A DNA stretch of 64,000 nucleotides, from the NCBI GenBank assembly GCA_964016885.1, contig OZ024764.1, forward strand, positions 20,274,001 to 20,338,000, given 5' to 3'. The position numbers and the translations under genes are program-made. The notes under the pieces are model-generated. The model worked only from the letters and a program-made list of their open reading frames with translations, was not told where the DNA came from and did no database searches. Each line of letters opens with the position of its first letter. The stretch's first letter is position 1. Below, piece by piece: positions 52,222-64,000 of the stretch. This stretch comes from Eledone cirrhosa. Taxonomy: Eukaryota.

Positions 52222-52789
52222 TTTGTTACTAAATACTAGATATTAGAGGGTCATGTTGTTCTAGATGTGCTGGAAGAGCCATTCCATCTCGCGAGGCTCA
52301 CACCAGCAGCTAGCCACCTCAGCACCTATGGTGGTATATTTATTATATTATTTATTCTTTATCATTAACATTAATATAAAAGATAATTATATATTTTTAG
52401 AGAAGAACCTCTAATTTCATATGGCATGGGTTAGACGAGTTATCCTGTTGTAAGCAAGGCCAGGTCAGGTGATAATGTGTTGCTCCTATAGAACAGTGTG
52501 GACTGGGTACTTTTTGTTGTGACACCTACACGACCACTTTAAAGTTTGGGCTGGGTACTTTTTGTTGTCACCTACATGACCACTTTACAGTGTGGGCTGG
52601 GTGCTTTTTGCTGTGACAGCTACGCAACCGCTTTATAGTGTGGGCTGGTTTCTTTTTGTCATATCACCTACATGACCACCTTATAATGTTGACTGTGTGT
52701 TCTTAACAGTGTGGGCTGGGAGCTTTTTATCATATCTTCTACACAACCACTTTGCAGTATGGGCAGTGAAATATCAATAATCAGAAGAA

Positions 52790-53285
52790 GGGAGGTAGGC
52801 ATAAAAGCCAAACTTGCTGTCTTCAATTAGGTTTTTGTGCCAACCCTTACCTATGGTCACATATCTTGGGTAATGACCAAAAGAATATGATTGCGAATAC
52901 AAGTGGCAGATATGGGATTCCTCTGAAGGGTCTTTGAAGAAACGTTTCTCAATAAAGTGCATAGCTCTGAGATCAGAGAGTCACTCCAGGTGGAGCTGTT
53001 ACTTCTCCTAATTGAGACATCACAGCTGCAATACTATGGCCATGTGGTTAGAATGTCTGAGGAAAGAATCACTGGATAGATTTTACAGGCAAAACTAACC
53101 GGCAGGAGACCCAGGGGTAGACTTGAGCAAGATGGTCACATAACATCCATGAGCTTGGCTGGTCTCTTTGGGAGATCCAGCCATATCAGTTGGAGTGGGT
53201 TGCTTCTGACAGGACCTGTTGGAGGGAGTGTTTGAGGACTCTGCCCCCAAGACCCTCTCTGGAATAAGTGGGTTAATAAGAAGAG
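52790..53285 (+). mobile_element. Expander/Rex3-like RTE 3' fragment
   Basis: KAKLAVFN*VFVPTLTYGHISWVMTKR..IQVADMGFL, YGHVVRM and GRRPRGR. Confidence 0.75.
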
Positions 53286-53575
53286 GTTGAGGTTACAAAA
53301 TCAACATCAGATTTCCCTGCTAGCAAGGGTTTAATGAGTCTACTTCAACCAAGTAAGTACTGAAGTGAGGCTACTGATCTCCCACACAGACCAAGGATCT
53401 GAGACTTACTTACATAAGGTCTCATTTGCTACTGTGTGCACAGAAAAGGTTGTCATGTCTTTGTCATGATTGAAGGGTTCTCCGACACTATTGTCGGGCA
53501 AGCTTTCTATGGCTAGATGTCCTTCACATGACCAACCACATTACAGCCTGTGTTGGGTGTGTTTATCATGTAGGT

Positions 53576-55457
53576 GAGGCATAACAAACTGAGGGTTCCC
53601 CAAGGGCCACATAGGTCACATGTGTTGTCTGAGGGTTGCACACTGCAACTAATTATGTACACAACAACTAATTAAGGTCATTTCATAAAATGTAATACAG
53701 AAAGATTTGTTACTTAAATTTAGAAACATACAATGTACATACAAATGTTTTAGCAGCATTCATGAATACAAAGTAATGAAGTAGTTTGACAAAAAACTAA
53801 AATTTCACATGTCAACATATACTTGCAGATTGTAACAGCAACAAATACATTGTACACAAATAACAACAGTTGAAAACTGAACATTTATTTGCTACTATTC
53901 AACCATTTTTAGTGTTTTGTGCTGAGGCTTGACACTTCTTTCTGTTGACAATTTTTGGTATGTCTGGCTGAAATGTTTGTACAGTTCCAACTTTAATCAG
54001 AGATGACAAGTGTTGATCTTTCAGCCTTGTTCTCTGAGAAGTTTTTGTTAAGCTAAGTACAGACTCAGTATGGGCAGTGATTTTCAGCTCTTTGCACATA
54101 AGAAAATGTATTAAATTTTCATCTGACAACGGAGACTTCCATAAGCTAAGTTTTCTAATGAAGAACTTTATGTCATCATACAACTGAGTGATGGGTTTGT
54201 TTTTACCTTGTAATTTCAAATTAAGATCAGTTAATTGTGCAGTAATATCCACAACAAAAGCCAGATGTTGGAGCCAACTTTCATCTTTTATTTCATCTGT
54301 GTTTTGACCTTTCATCTCCAAAAACATAATTATTTCAACAAATAGAATCTTTTCAGCACTTTGTGACATGTCAACCAGCAGACTTCTGTGTAGAATGGAA
54401 CATCGGTGAACTGATTATCCATATCTTCCAACAACTGGCTGATCTGACGGTGGTTGAGAGCACGGCCTCTGATTTAGTTCACTGTCTTTGTGACCAAGCT
54501 AAGCACATGATGCAATTTTAAAATCTTTGAACATAAATTTTGCTGATGAATAATAGTGAAAATGTGCAAATGATGAATCTAGATATGAGTTTTCTATTTT
54601 TGTTTGTAACTATAAATATTAAATTCACTGTCACAGGCCCTGATAAAGAATGCAATCTGTACTATTCCAGTGATGTCAACAGTCTCATCAATAGCAATAG
54701 AAACATGTTCAAACCTTGATGATACAGCCTTTAACTGTTGTTTCAGATCACCTGACATTTCATTAATCTGTTCAGCAACAGTGTTCCTGGTTAATGAAAT
54801 GTCTTTGAATAACTGTGCTTTCTCTGGACAATTTCAGCTGTTTTTACAAGACATTGCTTTACAAAATCTCCTTCACTGTAAGATTTCCCACTCATGGCAA
54901 TCATTCGACTGAGTTCATAGCTTGCAGTAACGGAAGTGACATTCTCTTCCTAAATTAACATAAAACAGGTCTGTTGCTGTGTCAAGTTAACCTTCAATTC
55001 CTTGAGTCTTGAAACACACATTGGGCCTTCATATTTATCGTAAGATCGAGGGTTTGTTTCATAATGTCTTTTTAAATTGTACTCTTTTGGCGTGGAGATG
55101 TAGTTGTTGCAAATTAAACAATGTATCTTTCTGTTCACCATTGGGCAAAAATACTGTAATTCCCACTTTTCTTGAAACACTTGCCCTTCTTCGTTCAATT
55201 TCCTTTTTCTCTTAGCTGGAGGAGCACTAACCATTTCAAAAACAAAATCATTTGAAATTTTGAAAGAAAGTTTTCTGTTAATGAGCTGCACGTGATTAAT
55301 GGAAGTTAAAAGTAGTTGACAAAATTTACAAAAAAAAAATAATTGTATCGAAAATGTTTTAAATTTTATATTACGAAAATGAAACATGCTCGCACTGTAA
55401 AAACCTTAGTGTAGGCCGCAGGTTTGCTTGCAAAGGGCCGCATGTTTGACATGTCTG
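53576..55457 (-). mobile_element. hAT (Buster/Charlie/SPIN-like) transposon with both ends, internally deleted
   Basis: 8-bp TSD ATGTAGGT at 53568-53575 and 55458-55465, with degenerate TIRs. ORFs 54950-55387 and 53899-54369 (WLQHLAFVVDIT..LNLKLQG). Confidence 0.92.
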
Positions 55458-55609
55458 ATGTAGGTTACCAACACTAGGGAGGGCAGCATGTCCTTCAGTG
55501 TGTTCTCTACATTAACTACCAGGAGGTCACCACATGAGACAAAGACTACATTTCAAAGAGGGGTCATAAAAGAACTAAATACGAAAGTACCCACAGCAAC
55601 AAGCAAATA

Positions 55610-56026
55610 ATTGAGCTTTGGGTCTGGGTCAAGGGGGCAGAAGTGCTGTGCCCTGTGGATAAGACTACAAATGTATCCCCCCCCCCTGGTCGATGGACAG
55701 TTACACCCACTGCAACAGCCACCCCAACCTCATGGGACACCCTCTTCAGAAGGGCCACCAACGTTCTGATCTTACAGAGGAGCTTGGCAGTACGGGGTCC
55801 AAGTACTTCTGAGGTCTCGATGGTGACCAGTGTGAAGAGACCTACAATTGATGTCATCCCAGTTATGTTGGACTGTAATATACTGGGGTATAGAGAGGCC
55901 TTAACCTGTCTCAGCCGGGCCACCCAGGGTTGTGTCATCTAGGTACCAGACAGGGGTGACTAGACCATGTTGTCAACTGTCAACACCAATAGGAGTGAGG
56001 CGAGTGGGTCCCCTTGCTAGACACCA
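55610..56026 (-). mobile_element. Relic of CRE-like retrotransposon (paralog of 850-1258)
   Basis: GV*QGDPLAS and WYLDDTT motifs. Confidence 0.6.
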
Positions 56027-56272
56027 TATATAAAACGTATTTGCTAATTACTTTAATGAATAATTTGTTTCATACGTAATTATTACTTTTAACACAATAG
56101 GATTTTGTACACGTGTTTGTTTGAAAACATCTTTCAAAGAAGTATGAGACAGTCTTTTGTAGTGTTTATTATAATAAATTACTGTATGTTGAGCTGTTTT
56201 AACTTCTCCACCTTCTATTATTTTATATTGTTTTTGTAAAAAAACGATATCTTTTTCATATATATATATGAA

Positions 56273-56483
56273 GGCGTGTGGCTGAGTGGTTAGAGAATTG
56301 GATTCGGAATTGTGAGGTTGTGAGTTCGATACCCAGACCCGGCTATGCGTTATGTCCTTGAGCAAGACATTTTATTTCACGTTGCTCCTTCTACCTGGAG
56401 TTGCGACCGATAGATAGTATTAGCAATTGGAAAGACCAATGGAAACATTGTTTCCTCGGTCCGATTTGACGAAAAGTCGATCA
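56273..56483 (+). mobile_element. tRNA-derived SINE with Pol III boxes
   Basis: A box TGGCTGAGTGG 56279-56289, B box GTTCGATACC 56324-56333, core TGTCCTTGAGCAAGACA. Confidence 0.85.
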
Positions 56484-57454
56484 TAAAAAATGTACATAAA
56501 TATATATAGAGAGAGAAAGAGAGAAACATACACTACTGTTTAACATGTAAGGGGAGACAACTCTCGTTACATCCCCTCTTCTTTTTTGATATAAGTTCTT
56601 TAAATACTTTGTTGAATGGAATCTGCTTTATTTTGTCCTAAGTAGATTTCTGTTTAAGTATTTACGTGATTCACAACGATTCACGTAACTAAGTTACTTA
56701 CATAGAGATATATTTCACACAGAATCACAACAAATGAAAATATTAAGTCAACACTCTGTCAATCAGTCTCACATCACATGGGGTGCCGGAGTCTCCCTCT
56801 AATACTTTCTGAGACAGTCTTACCTCGAGTGATAGCAAGGCTAAGATGTTGGAACTACCAAACACCCACATATGTATCACCTGACACCTCGGTAAGGAGA
56901 GCTGCCAACGATAATAAGAACCTCGTTGTCAGGGACCTATCTCCTCCAAACTTCTCCAACACCACAGACTAGAATATTCTACTCTTTATTCCCTATCAAA
57001 TATATTTCAGTCTAGTCATTTATCTTGTATCTTGTATATGTATTTTCAAAACTAACTGTCACATTTGTGAGACCCCACTTAGTGATATTTTTCTCTCCCT
57101 CCCACATCCTACATGCTGTAGTAAAAGTGAGGGTCACTGCTTCTGTAGACGAACGAAATAAAAGTTAAAATACCAGTAATTATCGGCAAAGTATTTATTC
57201 CAGTCTGTGATGTTTGAGAAGCTGGGCTGCTGACAACGAAGTTGTTGTCACTGTTGGCGGCTGGCTTTACCGAAGTACCAGATGACTCTTGTGAGGGTAC
57301 TTAGCTGTTCTGGCGGTTTAGCCCCCATATGACCCGATCTTACCGAGATACCCGGTGATCTCTGTCAGAGTACTTAGCTGTTCTATTTTAATTACATTTA
57401 CTGTTTTCAACGTTATTTTTTTTTATTACAAACTCTACAGAAAGTAAAAATATT

Positions 57455-57549
57455 TTTACGTCAGAAAAAATATTTTACGTCACAAAAAAACTTGACCTTT
57501 GACATTGAAGCATGCGCAGTGGTGCAGTTGTCGACTTCCTGTCCACGTG
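57455..57549 (+). promoter_or_regulatory. Putative ZNF promoter D
   Basis: Two TTACGTCA, TGACCTTTGAC, GCATGCGCA (57510), ACTTCCTG and CACGTG; donor at 57614. Confidence 0.68.
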
Positions 57550-58074
57550 TTAGTCTTCCTACAACAACATTTAGACAACATTTCTGTAAATACTAAACAC
57601 CTGAAACTATAATGTAAGTATTATGTCTATTAATATTGTAGATTTAAGCTCACTTTTCACATCACAAATATATATTTTCTTGTTTGTTTCATTACTGGAA
57701 ATATAAAATGTTATCGTAATTATCTATATTTTACCTACCTCTAATTAATTAAAGTGAAAACTTTTGTTGTTGCTGAAAAATAAATTAACAAAACTTAATA
57801 TTTAAATATTCTAAAGGTCGTTTTTATATTATGTGATGATATAATTAATATATTTTATTACAATTGTATAAATTTACAGTAGAATAACGTTGTAAATATG
57901 TTTTAAATATATACATAAATAACATAAGTGTGTAAATAACATTATAAATTGCTGGCAATTCCTTGAGAAAGACATTACAAATATATTGTCTAAACTGTGT
58001 ATAATAATATAATTTATTGAACAATAATGATAAAGGAAAGAAAAACACAGTGGGAGATGGCAATTGACCACCAA

Positions 58075-61000
58075 ACGAGGTAAACATTTTCAACTTTCCC
58101 CTTTTTTTGCTTTGTCCGAGACAACTCAAAATATTCTTCAAGGAACTGGATTTTCCATTCGGTTGGATCGAACGGATTTTACCATTTATAATCTACGGAG
58201 AGGAATAACAGATGTTCGGAGGAAAAAAGAATTGTTTGTGGCAACAACGTAGGGAACCAACCTGGAGCAATTGTATCACACAATTATACTTTCCTCCTTA
58301 ACATACACTTACAATTTTTCAAAATCAAACCCCCCAAATATAAAATATAAATAATTATAAATGGCGAGGAACCATCCCATCTCCCTCTTGAAATAACCTG
58401 AATCTATTTATAGTCAGGTGTGACTGAAAGGTCAATCCATACTTCCATTCTATTTCACAGAATTAGAAGCTTTGACCACTTGATAGAATTCAGGTCCAGT
58501 AATGTAATCACTCCGTAATTGTAAACATCTTGTATCACTATCATTCAGGTTTTGATTTTACTTAAGTCTTGCCCATGTTTTTTTTTTTTTTTCTTTTTTA
58601 CACAAACTCACAATTTCGGTTTTTACTGCGGATTTACCCATGCGAACTATTACACAAACTCACAGCCTTAGATTTTGTATTTCTTGCGTTTTTATTTTCC
58701 TTCTCTTTGCATGTTCAGTGCTCTTTCTCTCCCACTGTATTTACCTGCCTCTCACATGACCACACTCCTCTCCACGCACTCATCATCTTCTCACTCCTTC
58801 TACACCTTCCAACGCTGGCCCTCTACTGCCGGCTGTTGCCAGCCCGCCACCTGATTGCGCCCTCTGTGCCTGCACTAACCAGTACTTAAAGACAATTAAA
58901 TGTCACCTATGCCACGCAAGCTACCACAGAAGCTGTGTCAGCATCACCAAAGCTCAAGCCGAAAGGCTTCAACACTGGACCTGTCATAGGTGCCACTTCA
59001 GCTCCGTCTATTCCGTGGTTTTTGGCGCGGGAATTGACGTCCTTCGTCCTCAACATCTCAAGGATGGTATCTCCTTATCGGCCGGTGATGCCGGACTCGA
59101 GCTCTTAGAGAGTCTGACTCAGTTTGTGAATCAGTGAACGTTCTCCCGTTCATCCGCCCACTGTTCTTCAGTGCGAAGCTATTTGGTCTCACCAAGCCCA
59201 ACGAGGACCTGCGCCGCATTGCGGTTGGCTGCACACCTCGCCGCCTCACTGCAAAGGCGTGATTGCTGTTGGTCTCCAACCCACTGGCGGAGGAATTTTC
59301 CCCCATCCAGCTGTGGGTGGGTACCAGGTTGGGATGTGTGGCTGCTGTCCACGCTGCCAGAACATTTGCCAACTTGCCCTCCTCATCCCCCAAGGTCATC
59401 CTCAAACTTGACCTCAGGAATGCCTTCAACTCCGTCAGCCGTAACATCATCCTCGGCTCAGTAAGAGAGAGGGTCCCACAACTCTACCACTTTGCTTGGC
59501 AGGCTTATCGGGAGCCCTCCTACCTCTCTTTCAGTGACCAGATCATCACCTCTGCCTCAGGAGTCCAACACTGGACATTGATGACGTCACCATGATGGGG
59601 GCTGAGTTGGACCTCAATGTCTGGTAGCTCGACGACGCCTGTTTCGGGGGAACTCCGGATATGGTTCTCGCCACTGCCAACAGGATGGTGGAGGAGCTTG
59701 GCGCCGGGATCTCCAGATCAATAGCTCCAAATGTGAGCTCTGGATCCTCAACCACCCGGCTTCTTAACACCAACAGCTGATCGACCTGTTCGCAGAGTCC
59801 TTCCCTTCCATCACGGTCCCTCCCCCGTCGGCTTGGTGCTCCTTAGGAGCCCCAATCACAGACCTGGCCTTCGAGTCAACCATCCAATCGAAGATGGTTG
59901 GCCTTGAGCAGCTGCTGAGGAATATTGAAGATATCGAACGCCATCAAGGTTTCTTCTTACTCAGGAACTACCTGTCTATTCCTAAGCTTCTGTATCTGCT
60001 CAGGGTCAGCCCCTCTCACAGATTTCCATCCTGCCTCCAACGCTTCGACGACCTAATCTTCGAGAGACTCGAGTGTCTGGTCAATGTTAGTAAGTGTTCG
60101 TCCCTCTCTCTCCCCTGCTTCCTTTCCTCCACCCAAGCTTGCAGCATCCTCTCCTCTCAAACACGGACTAGTTCCAACAGGGAGTTGTGTGAAGCTCTCC
60201 AGCAATGGAGTGAGTTGGGCTTGTCTCTTCCTGAGAAGGTGGAGGACAGTCGAAGTCAGAGAACTTGGGACATGATATGTTGGAATGCCACCTTCAACTC
60301 CCTCTTCGTCCTCTCAGATCAGTCTGCAAGGTGCCGCTTACCATCTGCCAGCGCCAAATACTCCGGTGACTGGGTCGATGCCTTACCCGTAGCCAACGTT
60401 GGAGGCCTACTCAGCCTGGATGAACTTCGTGTCTCCATCACCCTCAGAGTGGGAGCTGACGTCTGCATGGGTTTGAGATGTGGCTAACTCCTCCACTCCA
60501 CAGGCCTCCACGGTCTTTCTTGCCGCCTGAATGCCGGCCACTTTGCCCGTCACACGGAGCTAAACTTTATTCTGAAGAGAGCTTTGGCCCGGGCAAACAT
60601 CCCCTCAGTCTTGGAACCATCTGGGTTGTCCAGAAGTGACGGCAAAAGACCTGACGGCCTTACCCTGTGCCCCTGGTCGAGAGGCAGGTGTCTACTCTGG
60701 GACGTCACTGTTAGTGACTCCTTTGCTCTTTCCCACATCCTTGATGCTGCGGTAAGGACGAGAGCCACAGCTTCGGCAGCCGAGCGGAGTAAGACCCTCA
60801 AATACTCTGATCTGTCGGCCAGCTACATTTTTCAGCCTGTGGCTTTCGAGACGTTTGGGGGAGTCGGGCCGCTGACTGCGAGGTTCCTTTCCTCACTGGC
60901 GGCTCGCCTTATAGAGGTAACTGGCGAAATCGCAAGGGCGCTTGGCTGTTCCAGCACCTCAGCCTCGCCATCACCCGATGTAACACTGCCAGTGTGCTGG

Positions 61001-61356
61001 CTTGCCTCAAAACTCATTAGAGAGGTTTCCCAGTACCCCTCGTTGCTGTCTTTTGCTCTGGTGTTGGCTCCGTTGTCCACCCCTTCCTTTACATTTTCTT
61101 TAATATTGCAACATTGAAGGAATTTATCTTTCATTGTATCATCCTTTATAGTGTTACCGAGGCATTTGTAATGTTATTTATATACTTAAAACATATTTGT
61201 TATGTTATTCTACTGTAAATTTATTTATATGCTCTGTTTATGTTTTCATTCTGAAGGAACTTATCCACTTGTGTTGATATAAGTGATGCTATGACTTTCC
61301 TCTAAGCATTGTGTCATTATATATGTTATTATAAACGTGAATATATTGAATTTATA
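58075..61356 (+). mobile_element. CRE-clade (RLE) non-LTR retrotransposon with N-terminal PHD finger, decayed
   Basis: Insert between CCACCAA and GTGTGATAATAGG, which are contiguous in A. RT: RRIAVGCTPRRL, KLDLRNAFNSV, W*LDD, LGAPI. Then GLHGLSC/RH and RLE: KRPDG..WDVT..K..KY..AFETFG. PHD at 58856-58993. Confidence 0.88.
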
Positions 61357-61606
61357 GTGTGATAATAGGCCACACCTCACACCCTAGGGGTTAACTACAC
61401 ACTTTGAGGCAAGCCAACACACTGGCAGCATTACAACGTGTTATGGTGAGGCTAAGGTGCTGAAATAACCAGGTACCCTCACGGGTATCACCTGACGCCT
61501 CTGTAAGGTGAGGCTAAGGTGCTGAGATAACCAGGTACTCTTACGGATATCACCTGACACCTCAGTAAGGTGAGGCTACGGTGCTGAAATAACCAGGTAC
61601 CCTCAC

Positions 61607-61966
61607 GGAAACGACTAGATTTGTAGAAAAAGTAGGGTGAAAGTATACAAAGAGATGTAGTTTCACAGATCTACTCACACCTCACGTTGGGTGGGAATAA
61701 TTATTTTTCTTAGAATTCTTGCTATACCCCTTTTCCAGTATTTTTTCTCTGGACCCCTTAGATACTTGCGATAGACGTTTTATTTCCCTGTATTAGGATT
61801 AGGGTTTCCGTTTTCAGGAAGAAAAGTCGATTGCAAACATCTAAGAGGTCGAGCAATGAAATTAAGGAAAGATAATTATTTCCCAGCCAACTGGAGAAGT
61901 GTGTAGCTCTTCTAAACTCTGATAATCCTGTCTCCCACTTCTTTATCTACAAATCTAGTCGTTTCC
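61607..61966. mobile_element. Palindromic MITE (unit D copy)
   Basis: Same TIRs as 3756-4111. Confidence 0.85.
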
Positions 61967-61976
61967 TGCTACTTTG

Positions 61977-62255
61977 TTCCCTGGGGTATGCCTTAGTATT
62001 TGACACCATCTATCTGTCTTACTCCCCAACTAGCAAGAAGTCAATCTGTCTCATGTGCTCACCTGATTGGTAGGTTATTAGGTGGTTGGTAGGTTTCTTG
62101 AAGTGTTGCAAATGGTTAGTTCACTTGCATCACAAAATACAAGAAGCCTCACTCCTTCTTCATTTCTTGAGCCATAACCATGACCACCATGTACCCCAGT
62201 GTATCCATCCTGGAGCTGTCCAACATGACCATTGAAGTCCCCTGCTATTATAACT
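61977..62255 (-). mobile_element. RTE fragment (APE region)
   Basis: Paralog of 7505-7785. Confidence 0.85.
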
Positions 62256-62680
62256 AGGTCTCTGTCATTGTGGTTATCTCTACTTATTCCTTTTCCACAT
62301 TTGGAGCAGGGCCACTTTCCTGAAGGTGTCGGGGTCTTCTCTCCTATCCATTACCACTTTAGTTTTGGCTAAGTATATTCTCAGAACTTACCATTTCAAA
62401 TTCTATATCTATAGTTGGTCATCTACATAGAGAAGTTTCCATAGACTGCCAGTCTTAAACCTCTCTGTTATGGTTTGGAGAACTATGATGAACAACAGTG
62501 GGCTAAGAACTAAACCATGATGAACTCCTACCTGTACCTTCAATTCTTCACTAGACACACTTTACTGACATCTTCTCACAAGCCATTCTTCTACACCTAA
62601 TTTCCTTAACCCTTTAGTATATAAACTGGCCATATCTGGCCAGAATTCTCCCACATCTTTCTGTTCAAACTGGCTGTAAT

Positions 62681-64000
62681 TAAATAATAATAATAATAAT
62701 GAAATTATTGTGTACAGTGCTCAGGTGCACTACATTTCATCAAAGGTGCATGTATAGTACATAGAATAATGTACAAATGTCAGGAAAATGAACAGTGCAT
62801 GAGTCATGATATAATAACAATAATGAAGTATTGTGTATAGTTCCCAGGTGCACCACAACTCATCAAAAAAGTGCATGTACAGTACATAGGGCAATGCACA
62901 AACATCAGTAAAATGAACAGTGCACGAGTCATGATACACACGTGTGCATGTGTATGGAAGGGGTACATCAGGTGTACTTTTGGCGTATTTCGGGAAGCTT
63001 GAGTGTCTTAAAGGATGCAGTGTCTCGGCAGCTAACAACTGACGCAGGCAGTTTGTTCCCTACTTCAGCAACTCTGAGCGTGAAAAAATGTCTACGAAAG
63101 TCATGGGAGCTGTGCTGTTTTCTGATCTTGTAGGCATGTCCACGTGTGTTAGACACATGGAGATCAAAGAGGCGCTCAGGGTTGCAATTGGCGAGATGGT
63201 TAAAAACTTTGTGGGTATTCACCAAGTCCATTGCCAGACGTCGGAGCTTCAATGAATTCATGCCCAGGGACGCAAGGCGTTCATAGTATGGTAGGTGTCT
63301 GATGGAGGGTATGTGCTTGGTTGCACGTCTCTGAACAATTTCCAGGAGGTCAATGTTCTGAGCAAGATGGGGGTTCCAGACTGATGATGCGAATTCCAAG
63401 TGTGGTCGTACCATAGCTGTATACAGTTTTAAATAGATGGCTGGAGAGCGGCTAACAAAGGTCTTGCTGAGTGATGCCAAGACACCCTCGGCCTTCTTGA
63501 CAATCTTAGAGACATGCTTTGTCCAACGCAAATCGTTGCTGACAGTAATGCCCAGGTCACGTTCACAAGAGGACTTTTTGATATCAGTGTTGTGGAGGGA
63601 GTATGTGGACGCTGGATTTTTCCTTCCAGAATGCATGGTGGTACACTTGTCCACAGCCAGCTTCAGTTGCCAGTCTGTGATCCATTGCTGCATTGTGTCC
63701 AGGTCTGATTGTAGGAAAGAGTTGTAAATTTCAGGATCAGTCCTTTGGATTTCAAGGTACAGCTTGATGTCATCTGCATATTTCAGTACCGTGGCATTCT
63801 GTAAGTTGGCATCTATGTCATTAATATATGCCACAAACAAAAGAGGACCAAGAACAGATCCCTGTGGTACACCAGATGACATCTCATATGGTGAAGAATG
63901 CTGTCCTAGAACCGTGACTACTTCTTTTCGGCTGAGAATGAAGGATTTCAACCAGTCGAAAAGATCATCCCTCACACCCATTGCAGAGAGTTTTGCCATA
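62681..64000 (-). mobile_element. CR1-clade LINE, 3' part with open RT ORF (62968-63999)
   Basis: GVPQGSVLGPLLF, YADDIKLY, VRPHLEFASSVWNP, VQRRATK and TRGH motifs; (TTA)n tail at 62681-62700. Confidence 0.93.

Larger units (their letters stand above)
36896..56541 (+). repeat. Segmental duplication unit C
   Basis: Collinear with A and B; boundaries approximate. Confidence 0.9.
56542..64000 (+). repeat. Segmental duplication unit D (partial; ZNF exon expected beyond the window)
   Basis: Collinear with A up to the equivalent of ~8205, where CR1 interrupts. Confidence 0.85.

Noticed and set aside
53899-55387. Host gene GTF2IRD2/EPM2AIP1 or other domesticated transposase
   Set aside because: Fragmented ORFs bounded by TIRs and an 8-bp TSD indicate a dead transposon.
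56273-56345. tRNA gene
   Set aside because: A and B boxes are present but there is no convincing cloverleaf, and it continues into a SINE body.

Overview
AT-rich, microsatellite-rich animal DNA, not prokaryotic. The zinc-finger style and repeat families suggest a coleoid cephalopod such as Octopus; this is an inference. The window is a head-to-tail array of a 16-20 kb segmental duplication: unit A ~1.56-17.84 kb, B ~17.84-36.9 kb, C ~36.9-56.54 kb, D 56.54 kb to the end (partial), plus the tail of an earlier unit at 1-1.5 kb. Each complete unit carries one effector-less C2H2 zinc-finger gene. Its inferred structure is a compact NRF1/ETS/E-box promoter, a short non-coding exon 1, a transposon-filled intron, one finger-coding exon (12, 9 plus 2 out-of-frame, and 7 fingers), and a downstream relic ZNF exon. 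Shared old elements include RTE relics, non-autonomous Helitrons, a palindromic MITE with central TTAGGG, an LTR-like repeat family, SINEs and minisatellites. Insertions restricted to some units include a Gypsy LTR element, young RTEs, Tigger, hAT, Merlin, CR1 and a CRE-type retrotransposon carrying a PHD finger. No rRNA, tRNA genes or CRISPR arrays were found. The most notable items are the hypervariable finger arrays, the PHD-CRE element, a templated two-snippet insertion, recombinant units and a possible 3'UTR intron. Element classes come from motif recognition only; no database search was run.
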